A program made the translations under genes and the position numbers. DNA of 64,000 bases. It comes from Eledone cirrhosa (Eukaryota). This document shows, piece after piece, positions 49,521 through 62,200 of the stretch. The stretch is taken from assembly GCA_964016885.1 (NCBI GenBank), contig OZ024742.1:164672001-164736000 (forward strand), read 5' to 3'. Every line of letters begins with the position of its first letter. The first letter of the stretch is position 1. The notes below the pieces were generated by a model. That model saw only the letters and a program-made list of their open reading frames with translations, ran no database searches and was not told the origin of the DNA.

Positions 49521-52500
49521 CCTTGGACGGCTGGAAATTATCTCCCCTTGGACGGCTGGAAATTATCTCCCCTTGGACGGCTAGATATTACCTCCCCTTG
49601 GACGGCTGGAAATTATCTCCCCTTGATTTTTTTTACAAATTATCTCCCCCTGATTTTTTTTTACAAATTATCACCCCCTGATTTTTTTTTACGAAGTATC
49701 TCCCCCTGATTTTTTTTTACAAATTATCTCCGCCTGATTTTTTTTTAAAAATTATCTCCCCTTGAACGGCTGGAAATTATCTCCCCTTGGACGGCTGGAA
49801 ATTATCTCCCCTTGGACGGCTAGAAATTACCTCTCCTTGGACGGCTGAAAATTATCTCCCATTGGACGGCTGCAAATTATCTCCCCTTGATTTTTTAACA
49901 AATTATCTCCCCCTGATTTTTTTTTACAAATTATCTCCCCCTGATTTTTTTTTACAAATTATCTACGCCTAATTTTTTTTACAAATTATCTCCCCCTGAT
50001 TTTTTTTTACAAATTATCTCCCCCTGATTTTTTTTACAAATTATCTCCCCCTGATTTTTTTTTACAAATTATTTCCCCCTGATTTTTTTACAAATTATCT
50101 CCCCCCTGATTTTTTTTACAATCTCCGCCTGATTTTTTTAAAAATTATCTTCCCTTGGCTGGCGGGAAATTATCTCCCCTTGGACGGCTGGAAATTATAT
50201 CCCCTTGGAAGGATGGAAATTATCTCCCCTTGGACGGCTGGAAATTATCTCCCCTTGGACGGCTGGAAATTATCTCCCCTTGGACGGCTGGAAATTATCT
50301 CCCCTTGGACAGCTGGAAATTATCTGTCCTTGATTTTGTTTTTACAAATTATCTCCCCCTGATTTTTTTTACAAATTATCTCCACCTGATTTTTTAAAAA
50401 ATTATCTCCCCTTGGACGGCTGGAAATTATCTCCCCTTGATTTTTTTTACAAATTATCTCCCCCTGATTTTTTTTTACAAATTATCTCCCCCTGATTTTT
50501 TTTTACAAATTATCTCCCCCTGATTTTTTTTTACAAATTCTCTCACCCTGATTTTTTTTACAAATTATCTCTCCCTGATTTTTTTACAAATTATCTCCCC
50601 TTGGCTGGCTGGAAATTATCTCCCCTTGGAGGCTGGAATTTATCTCCCCTTGGACGGCTAGAAATTACCTCTCCTTGGACGGCTGGAAAATATGTCTCCT
50701 TGGACGGCTGGATATTATCTACCCTTGGACGGCTGGAAATTATCTCCCCTTGGACGGCTGGAAATTATCTCCTCTTGGACGGCTAGATATTACCTCCCCT
50801 TGGACGGCTGGAAATTATCTCCCCTTGATTTTTTTACAAATTATCTCCCCCTGATTTTTTTACAAATTATCTCCCCCTGATTTTTTTTACAAATTATCTC
50901 CGCCTAATTTTTTTAAATATTATCTTCCCTTGGCTGGCGGGAAATTATCTCCCCTTGGACGGCTGAAAATTATCTCCCCTTGGACGGCTGGAAATTATCT
51001 CCCCTTGATTTTTTTTACAAATTATCTCCCCCTGATTTTTTTTTACAAATTATCTCCCCCTGATTTTTTTTACAAATTATCTCCCCCTGATTTTTTTACA
51101 AATTATCTCCCCTTGGCTGGCTGGAAATTATCTCCCCTTGGAGGCTGGAATTTATCTCCCCTTGGACGGCTAGAAATTACCTCTCCTTGGAAGGCTGGAA
51201 AATATGTCCTTGGACGGCTGGATATTATCTACCCTTGGACGGCTGGAAATTATCTCCCCTTGGACGGCTGGAAATTATCTCCCCTTGGACGGCTAGATAT
51301 TACCTCCCCTTGTACGGCTGAAAATTATCTCCCCTTGGACGGCTGGAAATTATCTCCCCTTGATTTTTTTTACAAATTATCTCCCCCTGATTATTTTTTA
51401 CAAATTATCCCCTGATTTTTTTTTTACAAATTATCTCCCCCTGATTTTTTTTACAAATTATCTCCCCCTGATTTTATGTTACAAATTATCTCCCCCTGAT
51501 TTTTTTACAAATTATCTCCCCCTGATTTTTTTTACAAATTATCTCCGCCTGATTTTTTTAAATATTATCTTCCCTTGGCTGGCGGGAAATTATCTCCCCT
51601 TGGACGGCTGGAAATTATCTCCCCTTGATTTTTTTTACAAATTATCTCCCCCTGATTTTTTTTTACAAATTATCTCCCCCTGATTTTTTTTTACAAATTA
51701 TCTCCCCCTGATTTTTTTTTACAAATCTCCCCCTGATTTTTTTATAAATTATCTCCCCTTGGCTGGCTGGAAATTATCTCCCCTTGGAGGCTGGAATTTA
51801 TCTCCCCTTGGACGGCTAGAAATTACCTCTCCTTGGATGGCTGGAAAATATGTCTCCTTGGACGGCTGGATATTATCTACCCTTGGACGGCTGGAAATTA
51901 TCTCCCCTTGGACGGCTGGAAATTATCTCCCCTTGGACGGCTAGATATTACCTCCCATTGGACGGCTGGAAATTATCTCCCCTTGATTTTTTTTACAAAT
52001 TATCTCCCCCTGATTTTTTTTTACGAATTATCTCCGCCTGATTTTTTTTTTAAAATTATCTCCCCTTGAACGGCTGGAAATTATCTCCCCTTGGACGGCT
52101 GGAAATTATCTCCCCTTGGACGGCTAGAAATTACCTCTCCTTGGACGGCTGAAAATTATCTCCCCTTGGACGGCTGCAAATTATCTCCCCTTGATTTTTT
52201 TAACAAATTATCTCCCCCTGATTTTTTTTTACAAATTATCTCCCCCTGATTTTTTTTACAAATTATCTACGCCTAATTTTTTTTACAAATTATCTCCCCC
52301 TGATTTTTTTTTACAAATTATCTCCCCCTGATTTTTTTTACAAATTATCTCCCCTTGGCTGGCTGGAAATTATCTCCCCTTGGAGGCTGGAATTTATCTC
52401 CCCTTGGACGGTTAGAAATTACCTCTCCTTGGACTGCTGGAAAATATGTCTCCTTGGACGGCTGGAAATTATCTCCCCTTGGACGGCTGGAAATTATCTC

Positions 52501-54070
52501 CCCTTGGACGGCTGGAAATTATCTCTCCTCGGACGACTAGAAATTACCTCTCCTTGGACAGCTGAAAATTATCTCCCCTTGGACGGCTGGAAATTATCTC
52601 CCCTTGATTTTTTTTACAAATTATCTCCCCCTGATTTATTTTACAAATTATCTCCCCCTGATTTTTTTTTACAAATTATCTCCCCCTGATTTTTTTTACA
52701 AATTATCTCCCCCTGATATTTTTTACAAATTATCTCCCCCTGATTTTTTTACAAATTATCTCCCCTTGGCTGGCTGGAAATTATCTACCCTTGGAGGCTG
52801 GAATTTATCTCCCCTTGGACGGCTAGAAATTACCTCGCCTTGGACGGCTGGAAAATATGTCTCCTTGGACGGCTGGAAATTATCTCCCCTTGGACGGCTG
52901 GAAATTATCTCCCCTTGGACGGCTGGAAATTATCTCCCCTTGGACGGCTAGATATTACCTCCCCTTGGACGGCTGGAAATTATCTCCCCTTGATTTTTTT
53001 TACAAATTATCTCCCCCTGATTTTTTTTTACAAATTATCACCCCCTGATTTTTTTTTACGAAGTATCTCCCCCTGATTTTTTTTTACAAATTATCTCCGC
53101 CTGATTTTTTTTTAAAAATTATCTCCCCTTGAACGGCTGGAAATTATCTCCCCTTGGACGGCTGGAAATTATCTCCCCTTGGACGGCTAGAAATTACCTC
53201 TCCTTGGACGGCTGAAAATTATCTCCCATTGGACGGCTGCAAATTATCTCCCCTTGATTTTTTAACAAATTATCTCCCCCTGATTTTTTTTTACAAATTA
53301 TCTCCCCCTGATTTTTTTTTACAAATTATCTACGCCTAATTTTTTTTACAAATTATCTCCCCCTGATTTTTTTTTACAAATTATCTCCCCCTGATTTTTT
53401 TTACAAATTATCTCCCCCTGATTTTTTTTTACAAATTATTTCCCCCTGATTTTTTTACAAATTATCTCCCCCCTGATTTTTTTTACAATCTCCGCCTGAT
53501 TTTTTTAAAAATTATCTTCCCTTGGCTGGCGGGAAATTATCTCCCCTTGGACGGCTGGAAATTATATCCCCTTGGAAGGATGGAAATTATCTCCCCTTGG
53601 ACGGCTGGAAATTATCTCCCCTTGGACGGCTGGAAATTATCTCCCCTTGGACAGCTGGAAATTATCTGTCCTTGATTTTGTTTTTACAAATTATCTCCCC
53701 CTGATTTTTTTTACAAATTATCTCCACCTGATTTTTTAAAAAATTATCTCCCCTTGGACGGCTGGAAATTATCTCCCCTTGATTTTTTTTACAAATTATC
53801 TCCCCCTGATTTTTTTTTACAAATTATCTCCCCCTGATTTTTTTTTACAAATTATCTCCCCCTGATTTTTTTTTACAAATTCTCTCACCCTGATTTTTTT
53901 TACAAATTATCTCTCCCTGATTTTTTTACAAATTATCTCCCCTTGGCTGGCTGGAAATTATCTCCCCTTGGAGGCTGGAATTTATCTCCCCTTGGACGGC
54001 TAGAAATTACCTCTCCTTGGACGGCTGGAAAATATGTCTCCTTGGACGGCTGGATATTATCTACCCTTGG
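44980..54070 (+). repeat. Tandem duplication, unit 4,544 bp
   Basis: The offset is 4544 at every landmark: 45243/49787, 45611/50155, 46057/50601, 46386/50930, 47215/51759, 47811/52355, 48978/53522 and 49399/53943. Confidence 0.92.
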
Positions 54071-56819
54071 ACGGCTGGAAATTATCTCCCCTTGGACGGC
54101 TGGAAATTATCTCCTCTTGGACGGCTAGATATTACCTCCCCTTGGACGGCTGGAAATTATCTCCCCTTGATTTTTTTACAAATTATCTCCCCCTGATTTT
54201 TTTACAAATTATCTCCCCCTGATTTTTTTTACAAATTATCTCCGCCTAATTTTTTTAAATATTATCTTCCCTTGGCTGGCGGGAAATTATCTCCCCTTGG
54301 ACGGCTGAAAATTATCTCCCCTTGGACGGCTGGAAATTATCTCCCCTTGATTTTTTTTACAAATTATCTCCCCCTGATTTTTTTTTACAAATTATCTCCC
54401 CCTGATTTTTTTTACAAATTATCTCCCCCTGATTTTTTTACAAATTATCTCCCCTTGGCTGGCTGGAAATTATCTCCCCTTGGAGGCTGGAATTTATCTC
54501 CCCTTGGACGGCTAGAAATTACCTCTCCTTGGAAGGCTGGAAAATATGTCCTTGGACGGCTGGATATTATCTACCCTTGGACGGCTGGAAATTATCTCCC
54601 CTTGGACGGCTGGAAATTATCTCCCCTTGGACGGCTAGATATTACCTCCCCTTGTACGGCTGAAAATTATCTCCCCTTGGACGGCTGGAAATTATCTCCC
54701 CTTGATTTTTTTTACAAATTATCTCCCCCTGATTATTTTTTACAAATTATCCCCTGATTTTTTTTTTACAAATTATCTCCCCCTGATTTTTTTTACAAAT
54801 TATCTCCCCCTGATTTTTTTACAAATTATCTCCCCTTGGCTGGCTGGAAATTATCTCCCATTGGAGGCTGGAATTTATCTCCCCTTGGACGGTTAGAAAT
54901 TACCTCCCCTTGGACGGCTGGAAAATATGTCTCCTTGGACGGCTGGAAATTATCGCCCCTTGGATGGCTGGAAATTATCTCCCCTTGGACGGCTGGAAAT
55001 TATCTCTCATCGGACGGCTAGAAATTACCTCTCCTTGGACAGCTGAAAATTATCTCCCCTTGGACGGCTGGAAATTATCTCCCCTTGATTTTTTTTACAA
55101 ATTATCTCCCCCTGATTTTTTTTTACAAATTATCTCCCCCTAATTTTTTTTTACAAATTATCTCCCCCTGATTTTTTTTTACAAATTATCTCCCCCTGAT
55201 ATTTTTTACAAATTATCTCCCCCTGATTTTTTTACAAATTATCTCCCCTTGGCTGGCTGGAAATTATCTCCCCTTGGAGGCTGGAATTTATCTCCCCTTG
55301 GACGGCTAGAAATTACCTCGCCTTGGACGGCTGGAAAATATGTCTCCTTGGACGGCTGGAAATTATCTCCCCTTGGACGGCTGGAAATTATCTCCCCTTG
55401 GACAGCTGGAAATTATCTCCCCTTGGACGGCTAGATATTACCTCCCCTTGGACGGCTGGAAATTATCTCCCCTTGATTTTTTTTACAAATTATCTCCCCC
55501 TGATTTTTTTTTACAAATTATCTCCCCCTGATTTTTTTTTACGAATTATCTCCCCCCGATTTTTTTTTACAAATTACCTCCGCCTGATTTTTTTTTAAAA
55601 ATTATCTCCCCTTGAACGGCTGGAAATTATCTCCCCTTGGACGGCTGGAAATTATCTCCCCTTGGACGGCTAGAAATTACCTCTCCTTGGACGGCTGAAA
55701 ATTATCTCCCCTTGGACGGCTGCAAATTATCTCCCCTTGATTTTTTAACAAATTATCTCCCCCTGATTTTTTTTTACAAATTATCTCCCCCTGATTTTTT
55801 TTTACAAATTATCTCCCCCTGATTTTTTTTTACAAATTATCTCCCCCTGATTTTTTTTACAAATTATCTCCCCCTGATTTTTTTTACAATCTCCGCCTGA
55901 TTTTTTAAAAAATTATCTTCCCTTGGCTGGCGGGAAATTATCTCCCCTTGGACGGCTGGAAATTATCTCCCCTTGGACGGCTGGAAATTATCTCCCCTTG
56001 GACAGCTGGAAATTATCTGCCCTTGATTTTGTTTTTACAAATTATCTCCCCCTGATTTTTTTTACAAATTATCTCCACCTGATTTTTTAAAAAATTATCT
56101 CCCCTTGGACGGCTGGAAATTATCTCCCCTTGATTTTTTTACAAATTATCTCCCCCTGATTTTTTTTACAAATTATCTCCCCCTGATTTTATGTTACAAA
56201 TTATCTCCCCCTGATTTTTTTACAAATTATCTCCCCCTGATTTTTTTTACAAATTATCTCCGCCTGATTTTTTTAAATATTATCTTCCCTTGGCTGGCGG
56301 GAAATTATCTCCCCTTGGACGGCTGGAAATTATCTCCCCTTGATTTTTTTTACAAATTATCTCCCCCTGATTTTTTTTTACAAATTATCTCCCCCTGATT
56401 TTTTTTTACAAATTATCTCCCCCTGATTTTTTTTTACAAATTATCTCCCCCTGATTTTTTTTTACAAATCTCCCCCTGATTTTTTTATAAATTATCTCCC
56501 CTTGGCTGGCTGGAAATTATCTCCCCTTGGAGGCTGGAATTTATCTCCCCTTGGACGGCTAGAAATTACCTCTCCTTGGATGGCTGGAAAATATGTCTCC
56601 TTGGACGGCTGGATATTATCTACCCTTGGACGGCTGGAAATTATCTCCCCTTGGACGGCTGGAAATTATCTCCCCTTGGACGGCTAGATATTACCTCCCA
56701 TTGGACGGCTGGAAATTATCTCCCCTTGATTTTTTTTACAAATTATCTCCCCCTGATTTTTTTTTACGAATTATCTCCCCCTGATTTTTTTTTACAAATT
56801 ATCTCCGCCTGATTTTTTT

Positions 56820-59270
56820 TTAAAATTATCTCCCCTTGAACGGCTGGAAATTATCTCCCCTTGGACGGCTGGAAATTATCTCCCCTTGGACGGCTAGAAA
56901 TTACCTCTCCTTGGACGGCTGAAAATTATCTCCCCTTGGACGGCTGCAAATTATCTCCCCTTGATTTTTTTAACAAATTATCTCCCCCTGATTTTTTTTT
57001 ACAAATTATCTCCCCCTGATTTTTTTTTACAAATTATCTACGCCTAATTTTTTTTACAAATTATCTCCCCCTGATTTTTTTTTACAAATTATCTCCCCCT
57101 GATTTTTTTTACAAATTATCTCCCCCTGATTTTTTTTACAAATTATCTCCCCCTGATTTTTTTACAAATTATCTCCCCCCTGATTTTTTTTACAATCTCC
57201 GCCTGATTTTTTTAAAAATTATCTTCCCTTGGCTGGCGGGAAATTATCTCCCCTTGGACGGCTGGAAATTATATCCCCTTGGAAGGATGGAAATTATCTC
57301 CCCTTGGACGGCTGGAAATTATCTCCCCTTGGACGGCTGGAAATTACCTCCCCTTGGACAGCTGGAAATTATCTGCCCTTGATTTTGTTTTTACAAATTA
57401 TCTCCCCCTGATTTTTTTTACAAATTATCTCCACCTGATTTTTTAAAAAATTATCTCCCCTTGGACGGCTGGAAATTATCTCCCCTTGATTTTTTTTACA
57501 AATTATCTCCCCCTGATTTTTTTTTACAAATTATCTCCCCCTGATTTTTTTTACAAATTATCTCCCCCTGATTTTTTTTTACAAATTATTTCCCCCTGAT
57601 TTTTTTACAAATTATCTCCCCCCTGATTTTTTTTACAATCTCCGCCTGATTTTTTTAAAAATTATCTTCCCTTGGCTGGCGGGAAATTATCTCCCCTTGG
57701 ACGGCTGGAAATTATATCCCCTTGGAAGGATGGAAATTATCTCCCCTTGGACGGCTGGAAATTATCTCCCCTTGGACGGCTGGAAATTATCTCCCCTTGG
57801 ACAGCTGGAAATTATCTGCCCTTGATTTTGTTTTTACAAATTATCTCCCCCTGATTTTTTTTACAAATTATCTCCACCTGATTTTTTAAAAAATTATCTC
57901 CCCTTGGACGGCTGGAAATTATCTCCCCTTGATTTTTTTTACAAATTATCTCCCCCTGATTTTTTTTTACAAATTATCTCCCCCTGATTTTTTTTTACAA
58001 ATTATCTCCCCCTGATTTTTTTTTACAAATTATCTCACCCTGATTTTTTTTTTAAAATTATCTCCCCTTGAACGGCTGGAAATTATCTCCCCTTGGACGG
58101 CTGGAAATTATCTCCCCTTGGACGGCTAGAAATTACCTCTCCTTGGACGGCTGAAAATTATCTCCCCTTGGACGGCTGCAAATTATCTCCCCTTGATTTT
58201 TTTAACAAATTATCTCCCCCTGATTTTTTTTTACAAATTATCTCCCCCTGATTTTTTTTTACAAATTATCTACGCCTAATTTTTTTTACAAATTATCTCC
58301 CCCTGATTTTTTTTTACAAATTATCTCCCCCTGATTTTTTTTACAAATTATCTCCCCCTGATTTTTTTTACAAATTATCTCCCCCTGATTTTTTTACAAA
58401 TTATCTCCCCCCTGATTTTTTTTACAATCTCCGCCTGATTTTTTTAAAAATTATCTTCCCTTGGCTGGCGGGAAATTATCTCCCCTTGGACGGCTGGAAA
58501 TTATATCCCCTTGGAAGGATGGAAATTATCTCCCCTTGGACGGCTGGAAATTATCTCCCCTTGGACGGCTGGAAATTACCTCCCCTTGGACAGCTGGAAA
58601 TTATCTGCCCTTGATTTTGTTTTTACAAATTATCTCCCCCTGATTTTTTTTACAAATTATCTCCACCTGATTTTTTAAAAAATTATCTCCCCTTGGACGG
58701 CTGGAAATTATCTCCCCTTGGACGGCTGGAAATTATCTCCCCTTGATTTTTTTTACAAATTATCTCCCCCTGATTTTTTTTTACAAATTATCTCCCCCTG
58801 ATTTTTTTTTACAAATTATTTCCCCCTGATTTTTTTACAAATTATCTCCCCCCTGATTTTTTTTACAATCTCCGCCTGATTTTTTTAAAAATTATCTTCC
58901 CTTGGCTGGCGGGAAATTATCTCCCCTTGGACGGCTGGAAATTATATCCCCTTGGAAGGATGGAAATTATCTCCCCTTGGACGGCTGGAAATTATCTCCC
59001 CTTGGACGGCTGGAAATTATCTCCCCTTGGACAGCTGGAAATTATCTGCCCTTGATTTTGTTTTTACAAATTATCTCCCCCTGATTTTTTTTACAAATTA
59101 TCTCCACCTGATTTTTTAAAAAATTATCTCCCCTTGGACGGCTGGAAATTATCTCCCCTTGATTTTTTTTACAAATTATCTTCCCCTGATTTTTTTTTAC
59201 AAATTATCTCCCCCTGATTTTTTTTTACAAATTATCTCCCCCTGATTTTTTTTTACAAATTATCTCACCC
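56820..59270 (+). repeat. Tandem duplication, unit ~1.23 kb
   Basis: Landmarks 57229/58461 and 57672/58902. The junction is at ~58036-58056, where a CTCACCC B monomer is joined to a type II cassette. Confidence 0.82.
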
Positions 59271-62200
59271 TGATTTTTTTTACAAATTATCTCTCCCTGA
59301 TTTTTTTACAAATTATCTCCCCTTGGCTGGCTGGAAATTATCTCCCCTTGGAGGCTGGAATTTATCTCCCCTTGGACGGCTAGAAATTACCTCTCCTTGG
59401 ACGGCTGGAAAATATGTCTCCTTGGACGGCTGGATATTATCTACCCTTGGACGGCTGGAAATTATCTCCCCTTGGACGGCTGGAAATTATCTCCTCTTGG
59501 ACGGCTAGATATTACCTCCCCTTGGACGGCTGGAAATTATCTCCCCTTGATTTTTTTACAAATTATCTCCCCCTGATTTTTTTACAAATTATCTCCCCCT
59601 GATTTTTTTTACAAATTATCTCCGCCTAATTTTTTTAAATATTATCTTCCCTTGGCTGGCGGGAAATTATCTCCCCTTGGACGGCTGAAAATTATCTCCC
59701 CTTGGACGGCTGGAAATTATCTCCCCTTGATTTTTTTTACAAATTATCTCCCCCTGATTTTTTTTTACAAATTATCTCCCCCTGATTTTTTTTACAAATT
59801 ATCTCCCCCTGATTTTTTTACAAATTATCTCCCCTTGGCTGGCTGGAAATTATCTCCCCTTGGAGGCTGGAATTTATCTCCCCTTGGACGGCTAGAAATT
59901 ACCTCTCCTTGGAAGGCTGGAAAATATGTCCTTGGACGGCTGGATATTATCTACCCTTGGACGGCTGGAAATTATCTCCCCTTGGACGGCTGGAAATTAT
60001 CTCCCCTTGGACGGCTAGATATTACCTCCCCTTGGACGGCTGAAAATTATCTCCCCTTGGACGGCTGGAAATTATCTCCCCTTGATTTTTTTTACAAATT
60101 ATCTCCCCCTGATTATTTTTTACAAATTATCCCCTGATTTTTTTTTTACAAATTATCTCCCCCTGATTTTTTTTACAAATTATCTCCCCCTGATTTTTTT
60201 ACAAATTATCTCCCCTTGGCTGGCTGGAAATTATCTCCCATTGGAGGCTGGAATTTATCTCCCCTTGGACGGTTAGAAATTACCTCCCCTTGGACGGCTG
60301 GAAAATATGTCTCCTTGGACGGCTGGAAATTATCGCCCCTTGGACGGCTGGAAATTATCTCCCCTTGGACGGCTGGAAATTATCTCTCATCGGACGGCTA
60401 GAAATTACCTCTCCTTGGACAGCTGAAAATTATCTCCCCTTGGACGGCTGGAAATTATCTCCCCTTGATTTTTTTTACAAATTATCTCCCCCTGATTTTT
60501 TTTTACAAATTATCTCCCCCTGATTTTTTTTTACAAATTATCTCCCCCTGATATTTTTTACAAATTATCTCCCCCTGATTTTTTTACAAATTATCTCCCC
60601 TTGGCTGGCTGGAAATTATCTCCCCTTGGAGGCTGGAATTTATCTCCCCTTGGACGGCTAGAAATTACCTCGCCTTGGACGGCTGGAAAATATGTCTCCT
60701 TGGACGGCTGGAAATTATCTCCCCTTGGACGGCTGGAAATTATCTCCCCTTGGACAGCTGGAAATTATCTCCCCTTGGACGGCTAGATATTACCTCCCCT
60801 TGGACGGCTGGAAATTATCTCCCCTTGATTTTTTTTACAAATTATCTCCCCCTGATTTTTTTTTACAAATTATCTCCCCCTGATTTTTTTTTACGAATTA
60901 TCTCCCCCCGATTTTTTTTTACAAATTATCTCCCCTTGAACGGCTGGAAATTATCTCCCCTTGGACGGCTGGAAATTATCTCCCCTTGGACGGCTAGAAA
61001 TTACCTCTCCTTGGACGGCTGAAAATTATCTCCCCTTGGACGGCTGCAAATTATCTCCCCTTGATTTTTTAACAAATTATCTCCCCCTGATTTTTTTTTA
61101 CAAATTATCTCCCCCTGATTTTTTTTTACAAATTATCTCCCCCTGATTTTTTTACAAATTATCTCCCCCTGATTTTTTTTACAATCTCCGCCTGATTTTT
61201 TAAAAAATTATCTTCCCTTGGCTGGCGGGAAATTATCTCCCCTTGGACGGCTGGAAATTATCTCCCCTTGGACGGCTGGAAATTATCTCCCCTTGGACAG
61301 CTGGAAATTATCTGCCCTTGATTTTGTTTTTACAAATTATCTCCCCCTGATTTTTTTTACAAATTATCTCCACCTGATTTTTAAAAAAATTATCTCCCCT
61401 TGGACGGCTGGAAATTATCTCCCCTTGATTTTTTTACAAATTATCTCCCCCTGATTTTTTTTACAAATTATCTCCCCCTGATTTTATGTTACAAATTATC
61501 TCCCCCTGATTTTTTTACAAATTATCTCCCCCTGATTTTTTTTACAAATTATCTCCGCCTGATTTTTTTAAATATTATCTTCCCTTGGCTGGCGGGAAAT
61601 TATCTCCCCTTGGACGGCTGGAAATTATCTCCCCTTGATTTTTTTTACAAATTATCTCCCCCTGATTTTTTTTTACAAATTATCTCCCCCTGATTTTTTT
61701 TTACAAATTATCTCCCCCTGATTTTTTTTTACAAATCTCCCCCTGATTTTTTTATAAATTATCTCCCCTTGGCTGGCTGGAAATTATCTCCCCTTGGAGG
61801 CTGGAATTTATCTCCCCTTGGACGGCTAGAAATTACCTCTCCTTGGATGGCTGGAAAATATGTCTCCTTGGACGGCTGGATATTATCTACCCTTGGACGG
61901 CTGGAAATTATCTCCCCTTGGACGGCTGGAAATTATCTCCCCTTGGACGGCTAGATATTACCTCCCATTGGACGGCTGGAAATTATCTCCCCTTGATTTT
62001 TTTTACAAACTATCTCCCCCTGATTTTTTTTTACGAATTATCTCCCCCTGATTTTTTTTTACAAATTATCTCCGCCTGATTTTTTTTTTAAAATTATCTC
62101 CCCTTGAACGGCTGGAAATTATCTCCCCTTGGACGGCTGGAAATTATCTCCCCTTGGACGGCTAGAAATTACCTCTCCTTGGACGGCTGAAAATTATCTC

